Part shown: one piece after another, positions 20,986 through 32,609 of the stretch
Numbering within the stretch: the stretch's first letter is position 1
Layout: the number at the start of each line of letters is the position of its first letter
From: an uncultured Rivularia sp.
GTDB taxonomy: Bacteria > Cyanobacteriota > Cyanobacteriia > Cyanobacteriales > Nostocaceae
DNA: 64,000 bases
Direction of reading: 5' to 3'
NCBI GenBank assembly: GCA_963665115.1
Contig: OY762007.1
Coordinates: 768,001-832,000 of the forward strand
The notes under the pieces: generated by a model
What the model was told of the DNA's origin: nothing
Seen by the model: only the letters and a program-made list of their open reading frames with translations
Database searches by the model: none
Program-made: the position numbers and the translations under genes

Positions 20986-23016
20986 TTACATTCTCAAATC
21001 TGCGATCGCACCTTTTGTCATGGCTGCAATGGCTTTATCTGTAGCTTTGGGCAAATGATAATATTTACCTCCGGCATTCTTAGCCAACTCTTTGGCAAAT
21101 CCTGTAGACACAAATTTACTTTCGGTGTCGATTACTAACAGTTGTATTCCTAAAGCGCGAATTTTGGCGGCTACTTCTAATAATTCTCCTTTGATATCTG
21201 GCTTTTCTCCGGGTTCTTGGGGTTCTCCTAGTGACCTAGATAACGGAATGTTACCGCGTCCGTCGGTAATTGCAACTATGACTACTTGTCCAATGTCTCC
21301 GCTTCTTTGGGCGTTTAAGCCGACGTGAGCGGCTTGGGTTAATCCGTGGGCTAATGGTGAACCGCCGCCGCAAGGCATTTTTTCTAAGCGGGTGCGGGCT
21401 AAGGTTATGGAACGAGTTGGTGGTAACATTACTTCTGCTTGTTCTCCTCGGAAGGGAATTAATGCTACTTGGTCGCGGTTTTGATATGCTTCTGTTAATA
21501 ATTGCATTACCGCTCCTTTGGCTGACTGCATTCGATTGAGTGCCATTGAACCGGAAGCGTCTACTACGAATATTACTAATGCTCCGGCTTTCCTTGCCAA
21601 TCTTTTTGCACGAATATCCCCTTGCTCTACAATGACGTTTCTACCGGGATTTCTTTGCCTACGTGCTTTTTGATATGGTGCTGCGGCTCGCAATGTAGCA
21701 TCTACGGCGATGCGACGGACTTTTCCTTTGGGTAGCATTGGTTTGATGTAGCGTCCTCTGTCGTCGGAAAAGATTAAACCGCGACTTCCGGAGTTACCTT
21801 GACGCTGTGCGGTTTGAGCAAAGTAAAGTACGCTTTCATCTAAGATTACGCCTTCTGGATCGAAGACGAATTCTTCGGGAATGCCTGGTGGCTCCTGCTC
21901 TTCTTGATTGGAATCTTCTTCTTGTTCCTGTTCTTCCTGTTCGTCTTGCTCTTGTTCGGATTCGTCTTCTGGCTCGTCTTGGCTTTGTTGTGGTGGGGGT
22001 GGTGGTGGCTGCTGCTCTTCTTCGGGTGGTGTTTGGATTACGGTTGCGCGGGGTACTATAACTAATTCCACCGCACGCCGCAAATCGTCGGGGTTAACTT
22101 TATTTCTGCCGTCGAGGGCTGCGGATGCTTTGGCTACTCGCACTGCAAATAATTCGGCACGGTGTCCCTGCACTACACCACGAATTGCTTCTTCGACAAG
22201 ATAAGTAATTTGTTCTTGGCTGATGGTAACTTCTTTCAACCATTCCCGCGCTAAGACAATTTGAGTTTTGATCGAGTCGATATCTTCTTCGTACTGCTGG
22301 AGAAATTCTTGAGGAGAGCGGGAATAAGAAATCGCTTGCTCTACTGCTTGTACTCTGTCATCTAAACCTAAAACGCCGTCTGCGGAAAGGGAAATGGCGA
22401 TTCTATCGAGTAAATGTTCTCGTAAAGTTCCTTCTTCTGGATTGTAGGTAGCAATAAATAACGATTTGCAAGGATGTTGAAAACTGATTCCTTCGCGTTC
22501 GATTTGGTTGCGCCCTTCGGATAGTACGGTTAAAAGTTGATTGCTAATTTGCTCATCTAAAAGGTTGATTTCATCTACATACAGTACGCCGCGATGTGCT
22601 GCTGCGAGTAAACCCGGTTGAAATACCGTATCTCCCTGCTTTACCGATTTTTCGACATCCACCGAACCCAAAAGTCGATCTTCAGTGACTCCCAAAGGTA
22701 TTTGTAAAAATGGTGCAGGAATAATTTCGGTTTCGACATCTGTGGAAACGTTAGATGATAGATCGTCATCCCATTCTTCTGGTTTGTCGGGGTTGCAATT
22801 ACTAATGGAATCTTTTACAACTTCAATCGGCGGTAGTAAAGCATGAATAGCCCTTGCCATCACTGACTTTGCGGTTCCTCTACGTCCGGCGATCGCCACT
22901 CCTCCAAGTTCTGGATCGACTGCTGCTAATAGTAAAGCTATTTTTATCGCTTCTTGACCAACTACAGCGGTTAAGGGAAAGGTAGTAAAAGTAGAATTAA
23001 CGGTGGATGCAGGCAT
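20986..23016 (-). CDS. chlD: magnesium chelatase subunit D
   Basis: AAA+ domain (GRRGTAKS), poly-Pro/acidic linker, vWA domain (VDASGSM). Confidence 0.96.
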   Translation of the reverse strand: MPASTVNSTFTTFPLTAVVGQEAIKIALLLAAVDPELGGVAIAGRRGTAKSVMARAIHALLPPIEVVKDSISNCNPDKPEEWDDDLSSNVSTDVETEIIPAPFLQIPLGVTEDRLLGSVDVEKSVKQGDTVFQPGLLAAAHRGVLYVDEINLLDEQISNQLLTVLSEGRNQIEREGISFQHPCKSLFIATYNPEEGTLREHLLDRIAISLSADGVLGLDDRVQAVEQAISYSRSPQEFLQQYEEDIDSIKTQIVLAREWLKEVTISQEQITYLVEEAIRGVVQGHRAELFAVRVAKASAALDGRNKVNPDDLRRAVELVIVPRATVIQTPPEEEQQPPPPPPQQSQDEPEDESEQEQDEQEEQEQEEDSNQEEQEPPGIPEEFVFDPEGVILDESVLYFAQTAQRQGNSGSRGLIFSDDRGRYIKPMLPKGKVRRIAVDATLRAAAPYQKARRQRNPGRNVIVEQGDIRAKRLARKAGALVIFVVDASGSMALNRMQSAKGAVMQLLTEAYQNRDQVALIPFRGEQAEVMLPPTRSITLARTRLEKMPCGGGSPLAHGLTQAAHVGLNAQRSGDIGQVVIVAITDGRGNIPLSRSLGEPQEPGEKPDIKGELLEVAAKIRALGIQLLVIDTESKFVSTGFAKELAKNAGGKYYHLPKATDKAIAAMTKGAIADLRM

Positions 23017-23388
23017 TTTTTATATAATAGTTAGTCTAATTTTATAGCTTACCAAATGTTACTGAAGTTATTCAAAATATAAAGTTTTCTGAGGAATTTA
23101 AGCTAAAACGATCGCGACATTATATGTAACTTTAAATACTGAGGTTTAATTGACAAGAGAGCAGAATATTTATGGTGAAGGCTATGACTTTTAAAGGCTA
23201 TATCTGCATCTGAAGTAGAAATTGCAGAAAAATCTAAGCTCTTATTATCGTATTTCACAGTTAATATGATTTATTAAAATGGTCTTGTTCCTCTGTTCTC
23301 TGTTCTCATTTTTTGCAACTATTAAATTAGCATGAACTTGTACGGCTATAGCCAAGTTTTATTTTTATTGTCCCTTAAATCAACAGAA

Positions 23389-24111
23389 ATGGTTCGCAAA
23401 CAAGAAAAATTAGTAGAAATTATCCAAAAAGCTCAATTTAATGATAATTCGCTTTTACGAAGTGCATTGACTCACCGTTCTTACGTTCACGAAAATCCTC
23501 AAGAAGGCGAACATAACGAACGTTTAGAATTTTTAGGTGATGCTTTATTAACTTATTTGAGTGGAGATTATCTTTACAATCGTCATCCAAAACTCGGAGA
23601 AGATGAATTAACGCGCAGACGTTCGGCATTAGTAGATGAAAAGCAATTATCAAGGTTTGCTTTGGAAGTTGGTTTAAATCAAAAGATGCGGTTGGGTAAA
23701 GGTGCTATCCGTGAAGGAGGATACCAAAATCCAAATTTACTTAGCAGTACTTTTGAAGCGGTGATTGCAGCTTATTATCTCGATAATAATTCAGATATTG
23801 AAGCATTGCGTAATGTTATTGAACCGCTATTTGATTCGGTTCCCGAAGACATAGTTGAATTTCGTTCTAATCTCGATCCAATAAATCAGTTACAAGCATG
23901 GGTTCAGCGCCATATTCCCCAAAATCCGCCCAATCTTCCTAAATATATTATTACTACAATAGGTGGTGTGGCTCACGCTCCAGAGTTCCTTTCCGAAGTA
24001 TTTGTAGATAATAAAAAATACGGAAAGGGTGTAGGTAAAAATACAAAAGAAGCTAAAAAAGCATCAGCAATTGATGCTTTGAATAACTTAAATAAAGAGG
24101 GTTTTATTTAG
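23389..24111 (+). CDS. rnc: ribonuclease III
   Basis: ALTHRSY, NERLEFLGDA, C-terminal dsRBD. Confidence 0.93.
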   Translation: MVRKQEKLVEIIQKAQFNDNSLLRSALTHRSYVHENPQEGEHNERLEFLGDALLTYLSGDYLYNRHPKLGEDELTRRRSALVDEKQLSRFALEVGLNQKMRLGKGAIREGGYQNPNLLSSTFEAVIAAYYLDNNSDIEALRNVIEPLFDSVPEDIVEFRSNLDPINQLQAWVQRHIPQNPPNLPKYIITTIGGVAHAPEFLSEVFVDNKKYGKGVGKNTKEAKKASAIDALNNLNKEGFI

Positions 24112-24120
24112 ATTGGGTCA

Positions 24121-24333
24121 TTGGGGAATAGGGCATGGGGCATGGGGCATGGGGCATGGGGCATTGATTTTAAGGTGGTTGTGAAGGCTTAATAAGAATG
24201 GTGTAAGATATCAGATATAACTAACTTGACAATAAAATTCATATTTTAACTTTAGAATAATTTATGATTTAAAATAATCTTCTCCCAATGCCCAATGCCC
24301 AATGCCCTATTCCCTATTCCCAATCCCCTATTC
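24121..24333. repeat. convergent heptamer (STRR-type) arrays: (TGGGGCA)n then (TGCCCAA/TTCCCTA)n
   Basis: Read directly between convergent rnc and kinase genes; similar arrays at ~706, 7713-7860, 9054, 16826, 30742, 63901. Confidence 0.85.
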
Positions 24334-25527
24334 TCAATTCGCTATTTCTATGGGTAAAATAACGGTAAAAGTAGAACCATGCCCTAATTGAGAATCTACT
24401 TTAATTTCGCCTTTAATTATTGTAATCAATTGTGAAACTATTGCTAAACCTAAACCGGTACCATCGATAGAGCAAGACTTCCTGTTAGGAGCAGCACGAT
24501 AATAAGGATTAAAAATATTTGGTAAATCTTCTTCGGAAATACCAATTCCTGTATCTGAAACTATAACTTTCCATTTACTCTCGTCTACAGTTTCGCAATT
24601 GATTTCGACTGTTCCCGATTCGGTATAGCGAATTGCATTACTAAGAAGATTGGTAATCACTTGTTGCAATTTGAGTGTATCTGTGACTACTGTTTTAGGA
24701 GCGTTTTGACAATTAGCTAAAATTTGAATATTCTTCTTTCCTAAAGAAGGTTTTAACATATGATGCACTTCATCAATTAATTCACTTGGATTAATTGGTT
24801 CTAACTTCAGTTTTGTCTCTCCTGCTTCCAAACGAGAAATTTCTAATGCGTTATTAATTAAGCGCAATAACTTTCTGCCACTATTTAATACGCGATCGAT
24901 ATGTTCTAAATTTCCATAGGTACTTTTAACTTCAGCTTTTTGTCTTTGTATCCGTAAAAATAAATCGGAATATCCAATAATTGATGTTAGCGGACTTTTT
25001 AGTTCATGAGCTAGATAAGAAAGATTTTCTTGAGAAGTACGAACAAACCGAGTTAATTCTTCATTATGCAAACTTAATTGATTCTGTAAATTTTCTAATT
25101 CTTCAATTCGCTGCTGTGTATAACTGTTAAAACACTGAGCAATTGCTTCATCAACTACGCTATCTATCCAACGCATAGCTCGTATAACTTCCGCTGCCGA
25201 TGCTTTTAATAAGGAATCCTCCAAAGTGGAAAATATGACTTGACGAAATAAATGGTATTCTCTAGCTATTTCAGATGCATCATAACCTTGCTCGGCGCGA
25301 AGAATTCCGTGATTTAAACTTGCTTCTACTATCGTCTGAAAGTTACCTTCCTTATTTTGGGAAAGGACTGTTGCCAAAGCTACAAGAACATGGTCAAGAT
25401 GATTTATGATAGCTGGGCGAGATAAAGCATCGGTGCTTTCAATTTGGCCGTCTTCACAAACTTTTTCCAGCCATATTTGCATGATTTTGTCTTTGTGATT
25501 TAAAAGCGATTGACTAAAATCTTTCAT
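24334..25527 (-). CDS. sensor histidine kinase with N-terminal RsbRD-N-like domain
   Basis: 'HGILRAEQGY..EIAREY', H-box AHELKSPL, NLLSNA, DTGIG, GTGLGL. Confidence 0.9.
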   Translation of the reverse strand: MKDFSQSLLNHKDKIMQIWLEKVCEDGQIESTDALSRPAIINHLDHVLVALATVLSQNKEGNFQTIVEASLNHGILRAEQGYDASEIAREYHLFRQVIFSTLEDSLLKASAAEVIRAMRWIDSVVDEAIAQCFNSYTQQRIEELENLQNQLSLHNEELTRFVRTSQENLSYLAHELKSPLTSIIGYSDLFLRIQRQKAEVKSTYGNLEHIDRVLNSGRKLLRLINNALEISRLEAGETKLKLEPINPSELIDEVHHMLKPSLGKKNIQILANCQNAPKTVVTDTLKLQQVITNLLSNAIRYTESGTVEINCETVDESKWKVIVSDTGIGISEEDLPNIFNPYYRAAPNRKSCSIDGTGLGLAIVSQLITIIKGEIKVDSQLGHGSTFTVILPIEIAN

Positions 25528-26184
25528 AAAACTACGCTAGTTTAAGCAAATTTTAACTTTATTTGCCTTTATTGTAGTTTAGTCACAACAGTATTTAACT
25601 ACTTAAAAAATATGGCTATAGTCGTATTATTCTGCGGCATTAAATTGTTAATTTTATTATAAAAATCTCTACAAGACCTACTGCATATGATTTATAAGAT
25701 TGAATAATCAGCATATCCTTCGTGTTTGGTCTTTTTTATTCGCTGTTTTCTATTCCCTCTTCTTTGATTATTTAAATAGCATATTAAATATTAAATACTG
25801 AATAATCGTTTTTATTTTTAGAGCTTAAGCTCTGGCAACGAGAAATTAAGCGTTCGGAGGAAACTAAATTTTTCCTAATTTATCGACACTATATGTCATA
25901 TTTTTTGCAATATTACAATAATTAATACAGAAAGAAACGGGACTCAAAAATACTGATTTTACTTAGAATAAGTAGTATTAACTACTTATAGTTAAAATAG
26001 ATATTTCCAATGTATAATCTAATGTCAACCTTAAGGAGGATGATTTTTAGGTGTAAATTTTAGGATGCTATCAAATTGAGTAGTTAAAATATACCATATT
26101 AGATAGTATAATAAAGTACACTTCTATGGTATAGACAAATAGGATTACGGGATGAAAAATTTTTATTAGGATGTAGCAGAAAGT

Positions 26185-26787
26185 ATGGAATCTTCGGAAG
26201 AGTACAAAAATAACAATTCGCTTGAAGTTGGGCAAATAGTATCAAGCAAAAATATCAGTAAGCCAATAGAGTATAATAATTCTGAGATTCATGAAAACAA
26301 TAGCTTAAGTAAGGTTCGAGATATTTTAGTTGGCTCTCAAATGCGGGAGTTAGATAAAAAGTTTTCTCGTTTGGAAGATCGTTTAGTTAAAGAATGCAAT
26401 CATTTAAGAGATGAGACAAGGAAGCGACTGGATACGTTAGAAAATTATATTAAAGAAGAAGCAGATTCTTTGAGTTCTAGGGCAAAGAATGAGCAAGTAA
26501 AGCGCGATGAAGCGGTGAAAGCGATTAACGAAGAACAAAGAAAACTTGCTGATTCTTTAGAGAAAAAGATGACTGAAATTGATGAAGAAGCAAGCAAAAT
26601 TCAACGTGAATTGCGCCAGCAGATTTTCAGTCAATCTCAAAGCTTACACGATGATATTCGACAAAAGTACGAGGAAATCGTAGCTTTACTAGAACGAGAA
26701 ACTTACGAACTCAGGAATGAAAAAACAGATCGTACTCAATTAGCGGCTTTATTTTCGGAATTAGCATTGCGTTTGAATTCTCAATAG
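26185..26787 (+). CDS. coiled-coil protein, first gene of small-GTPase operon
   Basis: 'KVRDILVGSQMRE', heptad-rich body, 'KTDRTQLAALFSELALRL'. Confidence 0.8.
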   Translation: MESSEEYKNNNSLEVGQIVSSKNISKPIEYNNSEIHENNSLSKVRDILVGSQMRELDKKFSRLEDRLVKECNHLRDETRKRLDTLENYIKEEADSLSSRAKNEQVKRDEAVKAINEEQRKLADSLEKKMTEIDEEASKIQRELRQQIFSQSQSLHDDIRQKYEEIVALLERETYELRNEKTDRTQLAALFSELALRLNSQ

Positions 26788-26876
26788 TAATTATTATAAG
26801 TCATTCATTATAATTAACGTAATGAATGACTTTTTTATTTAATGAAGATTGATACATAGATAAGAGAATTTTGCGA

Positions 26877-28670
26877 ATGAGTGAATCTAACGAGAATCGA
26901 TTAACAGAAGAATCTTTAAATAATAATCATAATCAAGATAATAATGATTTAAGCGAATTGGGTGAATTAAGTGAATTGCGGAGTCTGCTTTTAGGAATTG
27001 AGCCACCAAAACTTAATCGTTTTTACGAAAAACTTGATAATCCTCAAGTTGATGCTGAAGATATTAGTGACATACTTCCCGAAGCAATTGTTTTGCGGAC
27101 AATGCAAGATCGGCAGCTATCGGAGGCTATAGTTCCTACCGTTGAACAAGCAATTGATTCTTCCGTTAAGAAAGATATTGACATACTTTCCGACGCGATT
27201 TTCCCAATTATTGGTCCTGCTACCAGAAAGGCAGTTGCCAGTGCTTTGGATGAGATGTTGCAATCATTCAATTATGCTTTGGAACATAGCGTTTCACCAC
27301 AAAGTTTAAGATGGAGAATAGAAGCTAAACAAACGGGAAAATCTTTCGCGGAAGTTGTATTGTTACGGACGCTGGTTTATCGGGTGGAGCAGGTATTTCT
27401 GATTGACAAACACAGCGGATTGATGCTGCAACACCTTGTCGCGCCGAAGATAGAAGCTCAAGATCCGTCTTTAGTTTCAGCAATGTTGACAGCGATTCAA
27501 GATTTTGTCAAAGACTCCTTTGATGTAAACAAACATGAAGGATTGCATACTTTGGAATTTGGCGAACTTACTATTTGGATCGAACAAGGTCCTGTAGGGG
27601 TTTTAGCGGGTATCATTCGAGGAAATGCGCCGGAAGAATTAAGGTCTGTATTTCGGAATGCCATAGAAAAAATACATTTAAAGTTAGGTAGAGAAATCAA
27701 AAATTTCTCTGGAGATACAGAGCTATTTGCAGCTAGTAAACCTTATTTAAAAACTTGTCTGGAATCTCATTATAAGAGTTCTAATAGAACAAGATATATT
27801 TATGCATGGGCTTCTATAGGTGTATTGGCGATAGTATTAGCTAGCTGGGGATTTTTTGCAGTTAGAGAAAATAAGGGCTGGAATAATTACGTACAAAATT
27901 TGCAAGAACAACCGGGAATTGTAGTCACCAAAACAGGGAAAAGAAATGGAAAATATTGGATTACAGGAATGCGCGATCCTTTAGCAATCAAACCAGACAA
28001 GTTAATTAAAAAAACGAATATTAATCCGAAAGCTGTTGTTCATCAATGGAAGCCTTTTCTATCTTTAGAGAGACAAATTGTTTTAAAAAGAGCTTCTAAG
28101 TTACTGCAAAAACCTAAAACAGTTACTTTTAAACTTGATGATAACGGTGTTTTGAACGTTACAGGTTCTGCACCTCGCGAGTGGATTTTGTCAGCAAGAA
28201 AACAAAAATATTTCCTATCTACTCTCGGTATTATAGAATATCGAGATAAAACATTAAGAGATTTAGATATTGACCAGCTTAATGCTTATAAAAAGGAAAT
28301 TGAACAAATTATAGTACTGTTTGAACGAGGTACAACTCAGTTTTCACCTGGTGAAGTAGAAAAACTTTCAAAATTATCATCAAAATTACAAAAAATTATT
28401 AATTTAGGGAAATCCTTAGAAAAAAATATATTAATTGAAATTGTAGGGCATACAGATACCGAAGGAGATAAAGCAGCTAATACCAAGCTCTCTCAATACC
28501 GTGCGGAGACAATTTCGAGCTATCTTACATCTCAAGGTTTTGACAAAAATAAATTTAGTACAAAAGCATTAGCTTCTGAACAGATTTTACGTCCCGAATC
28601 AACTTCAGAAGATAAAAAGTTTAATCGTAGAGTGTCATTCAAAGTTATTATAGACGACGTTGCTAATTAA
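26877..28670 (+). CDS. membrane-anchored OmpA-family (peptidoglycan-binding) protein with large cytoplasmic N-terminus
   Basis: Single TM helix (~aa 310-330); C-terminal 'VGHTD..N.KLSQYRA..NRRV'. Confidence 0.85.
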   Translation: MSESNENRLTEESLNNNHNQDNNDLSELGELSELRSLLLGIEPPKLNRFYEKLDNPQVDAEDISDILPEAIVLRTMQDRQLSEAIVPTVEQAIDSSVKKDIDILSDAIFPIIGPATRKAVASALDEMLQSFNYALEHSVSPQSLRWRIEAKQTGKSFAEVVLLRTLVYRVEQVFLIDKHSGLMLQHLVAPKIEAQDPSLVSAMLTAIQDFVKDSFDVNKHEGLHTLEFGELTIWIEQGPVGVLAGIIRGNAPEELRSVFRNAIEKIHLKLGREIKNFSGDTELFAASKPYLKTCLESHYKSSNRTRYIYAWASIGVLAIVLASWGFFAVRENKGWNNYVQNLQEQPGIVVTKTGKRNGKYWITGMRDPLAIKPDKLIKKTNINPKAVVHQWKPFLSLERQIVLKRASKLLQKPKTVTFKLDDNGVLNVTGSAPREWILSARKQKYFLSTLGIIEYRDKTLRDLDIDQLNAYKKEIEQIIVLFERGTTQFSPGEVEKLSKLSSKLQKIINLGKSLEKNILIEIVGHTDTEGDKAANTKLSQYRAETISSYLTSQGFDKNKFSTKALASEQILRPESTSEDKKFNRRVSFKVIIDDVAN

Positions 28671-28687
28671 CAAGGGGTATAAGTTTA

Positions 28688-29185
28688 ATGCTCCAGAAAA
28701 AAATCTGTATGGTAGGTGCATTTGCCACTGGTAAAACAAGCTTAGTAGCTAAGTTCGTTTACAGCATATTTTCTGAAAAATATCAAACTACTGTGGGGGT
28801 AAAAATTGATAGGAAAACATTAATGGTGCAAGAAAAAGAATTAAATCTGATTTTGTGGGACTTATATGGAGAAGATGAATTTCAGAAATTGAGAACTTCT
28901 TATCTAAGAGGTTCATCTGGTTACTTATTAGTTGTGGATGGAACGCGAAAAAATACCTTGCAAACGGCTTTTGATTTACAAAAGCGAGCAGAAGATTCAA
29001 TGGGGAAAGTACCTTTTATTTTAGTTTTGAATAAGTGCGACTTAGAAGATGAATGGGAATTAGATTCTGAAAGTATCCAAACTCTTAAAGAAAAGGGGTG
29101 GACTACGATCAAAACGAGCGCAAAAACAGGATTGAATGTAGAAGAAATCTTTCATACACTAGCAACAAAAATACTGGAGGGGTGA
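28688..29185 (+). CDS. Ras/Rab-like small GTPase
   Basis: G1 GAFATGKTS, G2 YQTTVG, G3 WDLYG, G4 NKCD, G5 TSAK. Confidence 0.92.
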   Translation: MLQKKICMVGAFATGKTSLVAKFVYSIFSEKYQTTVGVKIDRKTLMVQEKELNLILWDLYGEDEFQKLRTSYLRGSSGYLLVVDGTRKNTLQTAFDLQKRAEDSMGKVPFILVLNKCDLEDEWELDSESIQTLKEKGWTTIKTSAKTGLNVEEIFHTLATKILEG

Positions 29186-29189
29186 ATGT

Positions 29190-29567
29190 ATGGATATCCC
29201 GTTACCTGTAAGTAGTTATCTAATCAATTTTATGAGAGAAAGTCGTTCTCTGGCATATCTTTTTGTCGATAAAGATGGATCTTTAGATAGTTGGGGTGGA
29301 AAGATAAATCAATATGGAATAGCCAATTTACATCAGGGAGAAGATGCCAGTCAGCAAATTTTCTTTCTGGAAGGACTTTTACCGCTCGATGGTTTTCCGT
29401 TGTTTTTACCTTGTCTTAAAACTGAACGTGGAATCTGTGCGGATGTGCATTTATTTCCAGAAAAGGAAGGAGATTGGGTATTACTATTAGATGCAACTTG
29501 GGATGAAATGCAAATATTTAAAATTCAACAGGAAGTAAACTCTGCTTGTTTATTGCAGCGCAAATAA
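29190..29567 (+). CDS. hypothetical protein, possible PAS-like fold
   Basis: Closely coupled to the GTPase (4-bp gap); 'YLFVDKDG', 'ADVHLFP..WVLLLDAT'. Confidence 0.7.
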   Translation: MDIPLPVSSYLINFMRESRSLAYLFVDKDGSLDSWGGKINQYGIANLHQGEDASQQIFFLEGLLPLDGFPLFLPCLKTERGICADVHLFPEKEGDWVLLLDATWDEMQIFKIQQEVNSACLLQRK

Positions 29568-29633
29568 GAGTAATATTATATCGGGAATAAATATTAAAAA
29601 AATAAAAAAAACGATTCTGCGACTGTCTTAATT

Positions 29634-30756
29634 ATGAGTGAATCTATCACAGCAGAAATTTTTGCCGCTTTAAATATTTTAGTTTTAGAACGGCTTGATA
29701 TTGGTAAATTTAAGTTTACCGGAGATAAACCAAAATGGATTAGACGATTTTGTCGCAAAAAATTAGAACCAGAAATGGAAATCTTTATTCCTGAAGAAGA
29801 TTTTCCTTTTGTGGAGAACTTCTTAATTGATGCGGAAGAATATTGGCAAAGTAGTGAAAAAAAACCTTTAAAATCGGGAATCTGGAGCGATTTAGATATT
29901 GTTGGCAATGAATTTCATTTTGAAGCTTCAGCTTTGATCGCGAATCATAAAAAAATATTACTGATTGAAATGATGAGCGATGCTTATCTAGAAAAGCAAA
30001 GCTTGATTCAGCAAGCTAGAGAAAATAAACTAAATTATCAACATATTATTAAAGAAAATCAAAAGAAAGAAGTATTAATTCACTGCATTATACATGATGT
30101 CGCCGGACAATTAAGCGGTATAAACTGTTGTTTAGCTCTATTAGAATTAGAAAATTTAACACAGAAAGGTAAACAGCGTTTAGAAATTGGTAGAAAGCAA
30201 ACCATTCAACAAGAAATATTGATTAGGCAAATTTTAAATGCATTTTCTACAGAAGTAAAATCGCTAGAGGGTTTTTCAAACGGCAGGGAAAAAGCACCAG
30301 ATATTTTAGTCTCTGCACGCGATGTGGTTGAATTGCTAACACCAACTTTTACATTAAATAAAATGCGCTTGCAGCTTTCTGAGGATATAGATACTTTACT
30401 CAATTGGCAAGTAGTTGGTGACAAATCACGTTTGGATAGAATATTAGCAAATTTAATCGAAAATGCTTTTCGTCATAGCCCCTCAAACTCTACCGTTACT
30501 GTAAATTTACAGCAAGAAGAAGAATATATTATTGCCAGTGTAGAAGATAGAGGAAGCGGCGTACCTTTAGAAATTGCCGATACTTTATTTCAAAAATTTA
30601 CTCAAGGACAAAAAAAATCGGGTAAATCTGGAATTGGACTTTATTTTTGTAAAATCACAGTCGAACGTTGGGGAGGAGAAATCGGCTTTACACCTCGTGA
30701 AGGTGGGGGTTTCCCGGTTTTGGCTTCGTTTGTTAAAGGTAGGGAATGGGGAATAG
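29634..30756 (+). CDS. sensor histidine kinase (apparent +1 indel near 30710; corrected end EGGGSRFWLRLLKVGNGE*)
   Basis: H-box IHDVAGQL, NLIENA, DRGSG, GKSGIGL. Confidence 0.87.
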
Positions 30757-30828
30757 GGGATTGGGAATTGGTAATTGGGAATTGGTAATTGGAGATGGGG
30801 AGACAAGGTGATAAGGGGAAATCAAGTC

Positions 30829-32085
30829 TTAGCTGTTAACTCCTAACTTTTCATCTTTTACTTGATTTAGCGAGTAAATATCGATACCGCGTCCGAAAGC
30901 AAAGCGTAGAGAACTTGATAAATTTTTACTTGATAAAGTGGTGAAGATTATTATTGCACTAAAGGTAATAGCAAAATTGAATCCGAATATATTGCGATAA
31001 CCTATTTCTTGAGCAATTATGCCAAAAATGGGGGCAGCAAGTGCTACACCAACGTCAAAACCAACCATGCACAAGCTGAAGGTTCGTCCTCTTTCGTGGG
31101 GATAACTTCTATCTGTTATCATCGCTGCAATCATGGGAATTATCGTACCACCACCAATTCCTTCAAACATTGCTGCTAATAAGAAATCCACCGAACTATT
31201 GGCAGTCCATAATAATACCATTGCTACACTGTAGCAAATTAGACTTGAAGTAATAAATAAACCACGACCAAATCTATCGCTAGCCCTTCCGCAAAAAAAC
31301 CTCGAACAAAAACTGGCGATCGCGACTGCCGTGTAAAATAATCCAGGGTTTAAATTAGCTTCGGTTGATTTGATAAATAATGGTACGAAAGTATGTAAGG
31401 TTCCGAGCGTTAAGCCGATAATTAGTAAGATAGTAGCGGGAATTCTCATTCTAGGACTAATTAATTTTTGCCAAAATGGAGAATCGCTATTTATAACTTT
31501 TTCCTGTGCTTGAACTATGGGATTGATAATTGGTATGGAAAATAATAATCCCAAACAAGCTAAAGTGGTAGACAATATGAATAATGGCGTATAACCATAT
31601 GCTTCCATTAAATAACCACCTAATGCTGGCCCAATCGCCATACCAACAGGATTAACCAAACTCATATAGCCAATTAATTCACCGCGATTTCCTACAGGTG
31701 CGATATCTGCAACTAAAGCTAAAAACGCAGTAGAAAAAGCTGCGATACTGATACCGTGAAAAGCTCGGATTACCATTAACAGCGGTACAGATTGAACAAA
31801 ATTGTAGCCAATTGGAGCAATTGCGGCTGATACAAGCCCTATTATTAATACAATTTTCCGACCTCGTTTATCTGCTAATTGACCTAATAATGGACGAAAT
31901 AATAATAATCCAATCGCAAAACTGCCCATTACCAAGCCAATTTGCTGCTTTGATGCTCCAATCTCTTCAATATAAAGCGGTAAAGTTGGTAATAACGAAG
32001 CTAAACTAGCCCAAAACAATAAACCTGCTGCAAATAAAAACAGCAGGTTTCGTCGTAATTTACTATCAAGTGAAAATAAAATCAC
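30829..32085 (-). CDS. MFS transporter
   Basis: ~12 TM helices; motif A 'GQLADKRGRK'. Confidence 0.92.
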   Translation of the reverse strand: MILFSLDSKLRRNLLFLFAAGLLFWASLASLLPTLPLYIEEIGASKQQIGLVMGSFAIGLLLFRPLLGQLADKRGRKIVLIIGLVSAAIAPIGYNFVQSVPLLMVIRAFHGISIAAFSTAFLALVADIAPVGNRGELIGYMSLVNPVGMAIGPALGGYLMEAYGYTPLFILSTTLACLGLLFSIPIINPIVQAQEKVINSDSPFWQKLISPRMRIPATILLIIGLTLGTLHTFVPLFIKSTEANLNPGLFYTAVAIASFCSRFFCGRASDRFGRGLFITSSLICYSVAMVLLWTANSSVDFLLAAMFEGIGGGTIIPMIAAMITDRSYPHERGRTFSLCMVGFDVGVALAAPIFGIIAQEIGYRNIFGFNFAITFSAIIIFTTLSSKNLSSSLRFAFGRGIDIYSLNQVKDEKLGVNS

Positions 32086-32469
32086 GGCAGATGCAAGTAT
32101 TGTGTGAGGTTGGCGATTTGTAGTTCTTTATTCGCGGTTGATAATAACGCCGGAATAGAAGACTACAAGGTCTATGTTACATTACTTTACATAATGCTAA
32201 CTGAAGAGATGAATTCTACGCCCATAGAGTTGCGATCGAAACGCTCAGAAGCTTTAAAATCTACCCTTGTGAGGTGGTAGCTGGTATAAATAGCGGAAAA
32301 TATATTGATCGTAACTGTTGATTCAGCTTTTGAAAAATATTCTGTAAATATAGTTCATTAGTTGACGTAATCGGAACCGAATAGGGACAATGTATCGAGT
32401 GACCTATTTGAGTGATTTATCCATAAAAAAGACGCAGCATTTAGAATCTACTACGTCTAATTATTTACA

Positions 32470-32576
32470 TACAGCATATTTCATCTTTGTGTGGTACATT
32501 CGGACGGGCAGGGATGCCCATCCCACAAGAGTTTTGTAATATGAGGCTGTACCTCACTTGTTTGCAAAGTGCTGTA
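32470..32576. mobile_element. MITE-like element with TACAGCA...TGCTGTA termini carrying a GTGG-type REP; inverted copy at 35463-35768
   Basis: Terminal inverted repeats plus homologous internal sequence in two places. Confidence 0.65.
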
Positions 32577-32609
32577 TTTAAATTATCATAATTTCCAATT
32601 CCCAATGCC

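Noticed and set aside
21807..22204. Ser/Cys/Gly-rich plus-strand ORFs
   Set aside because: Antisense to the Pro/Glu/Gln-rich linker of chlD
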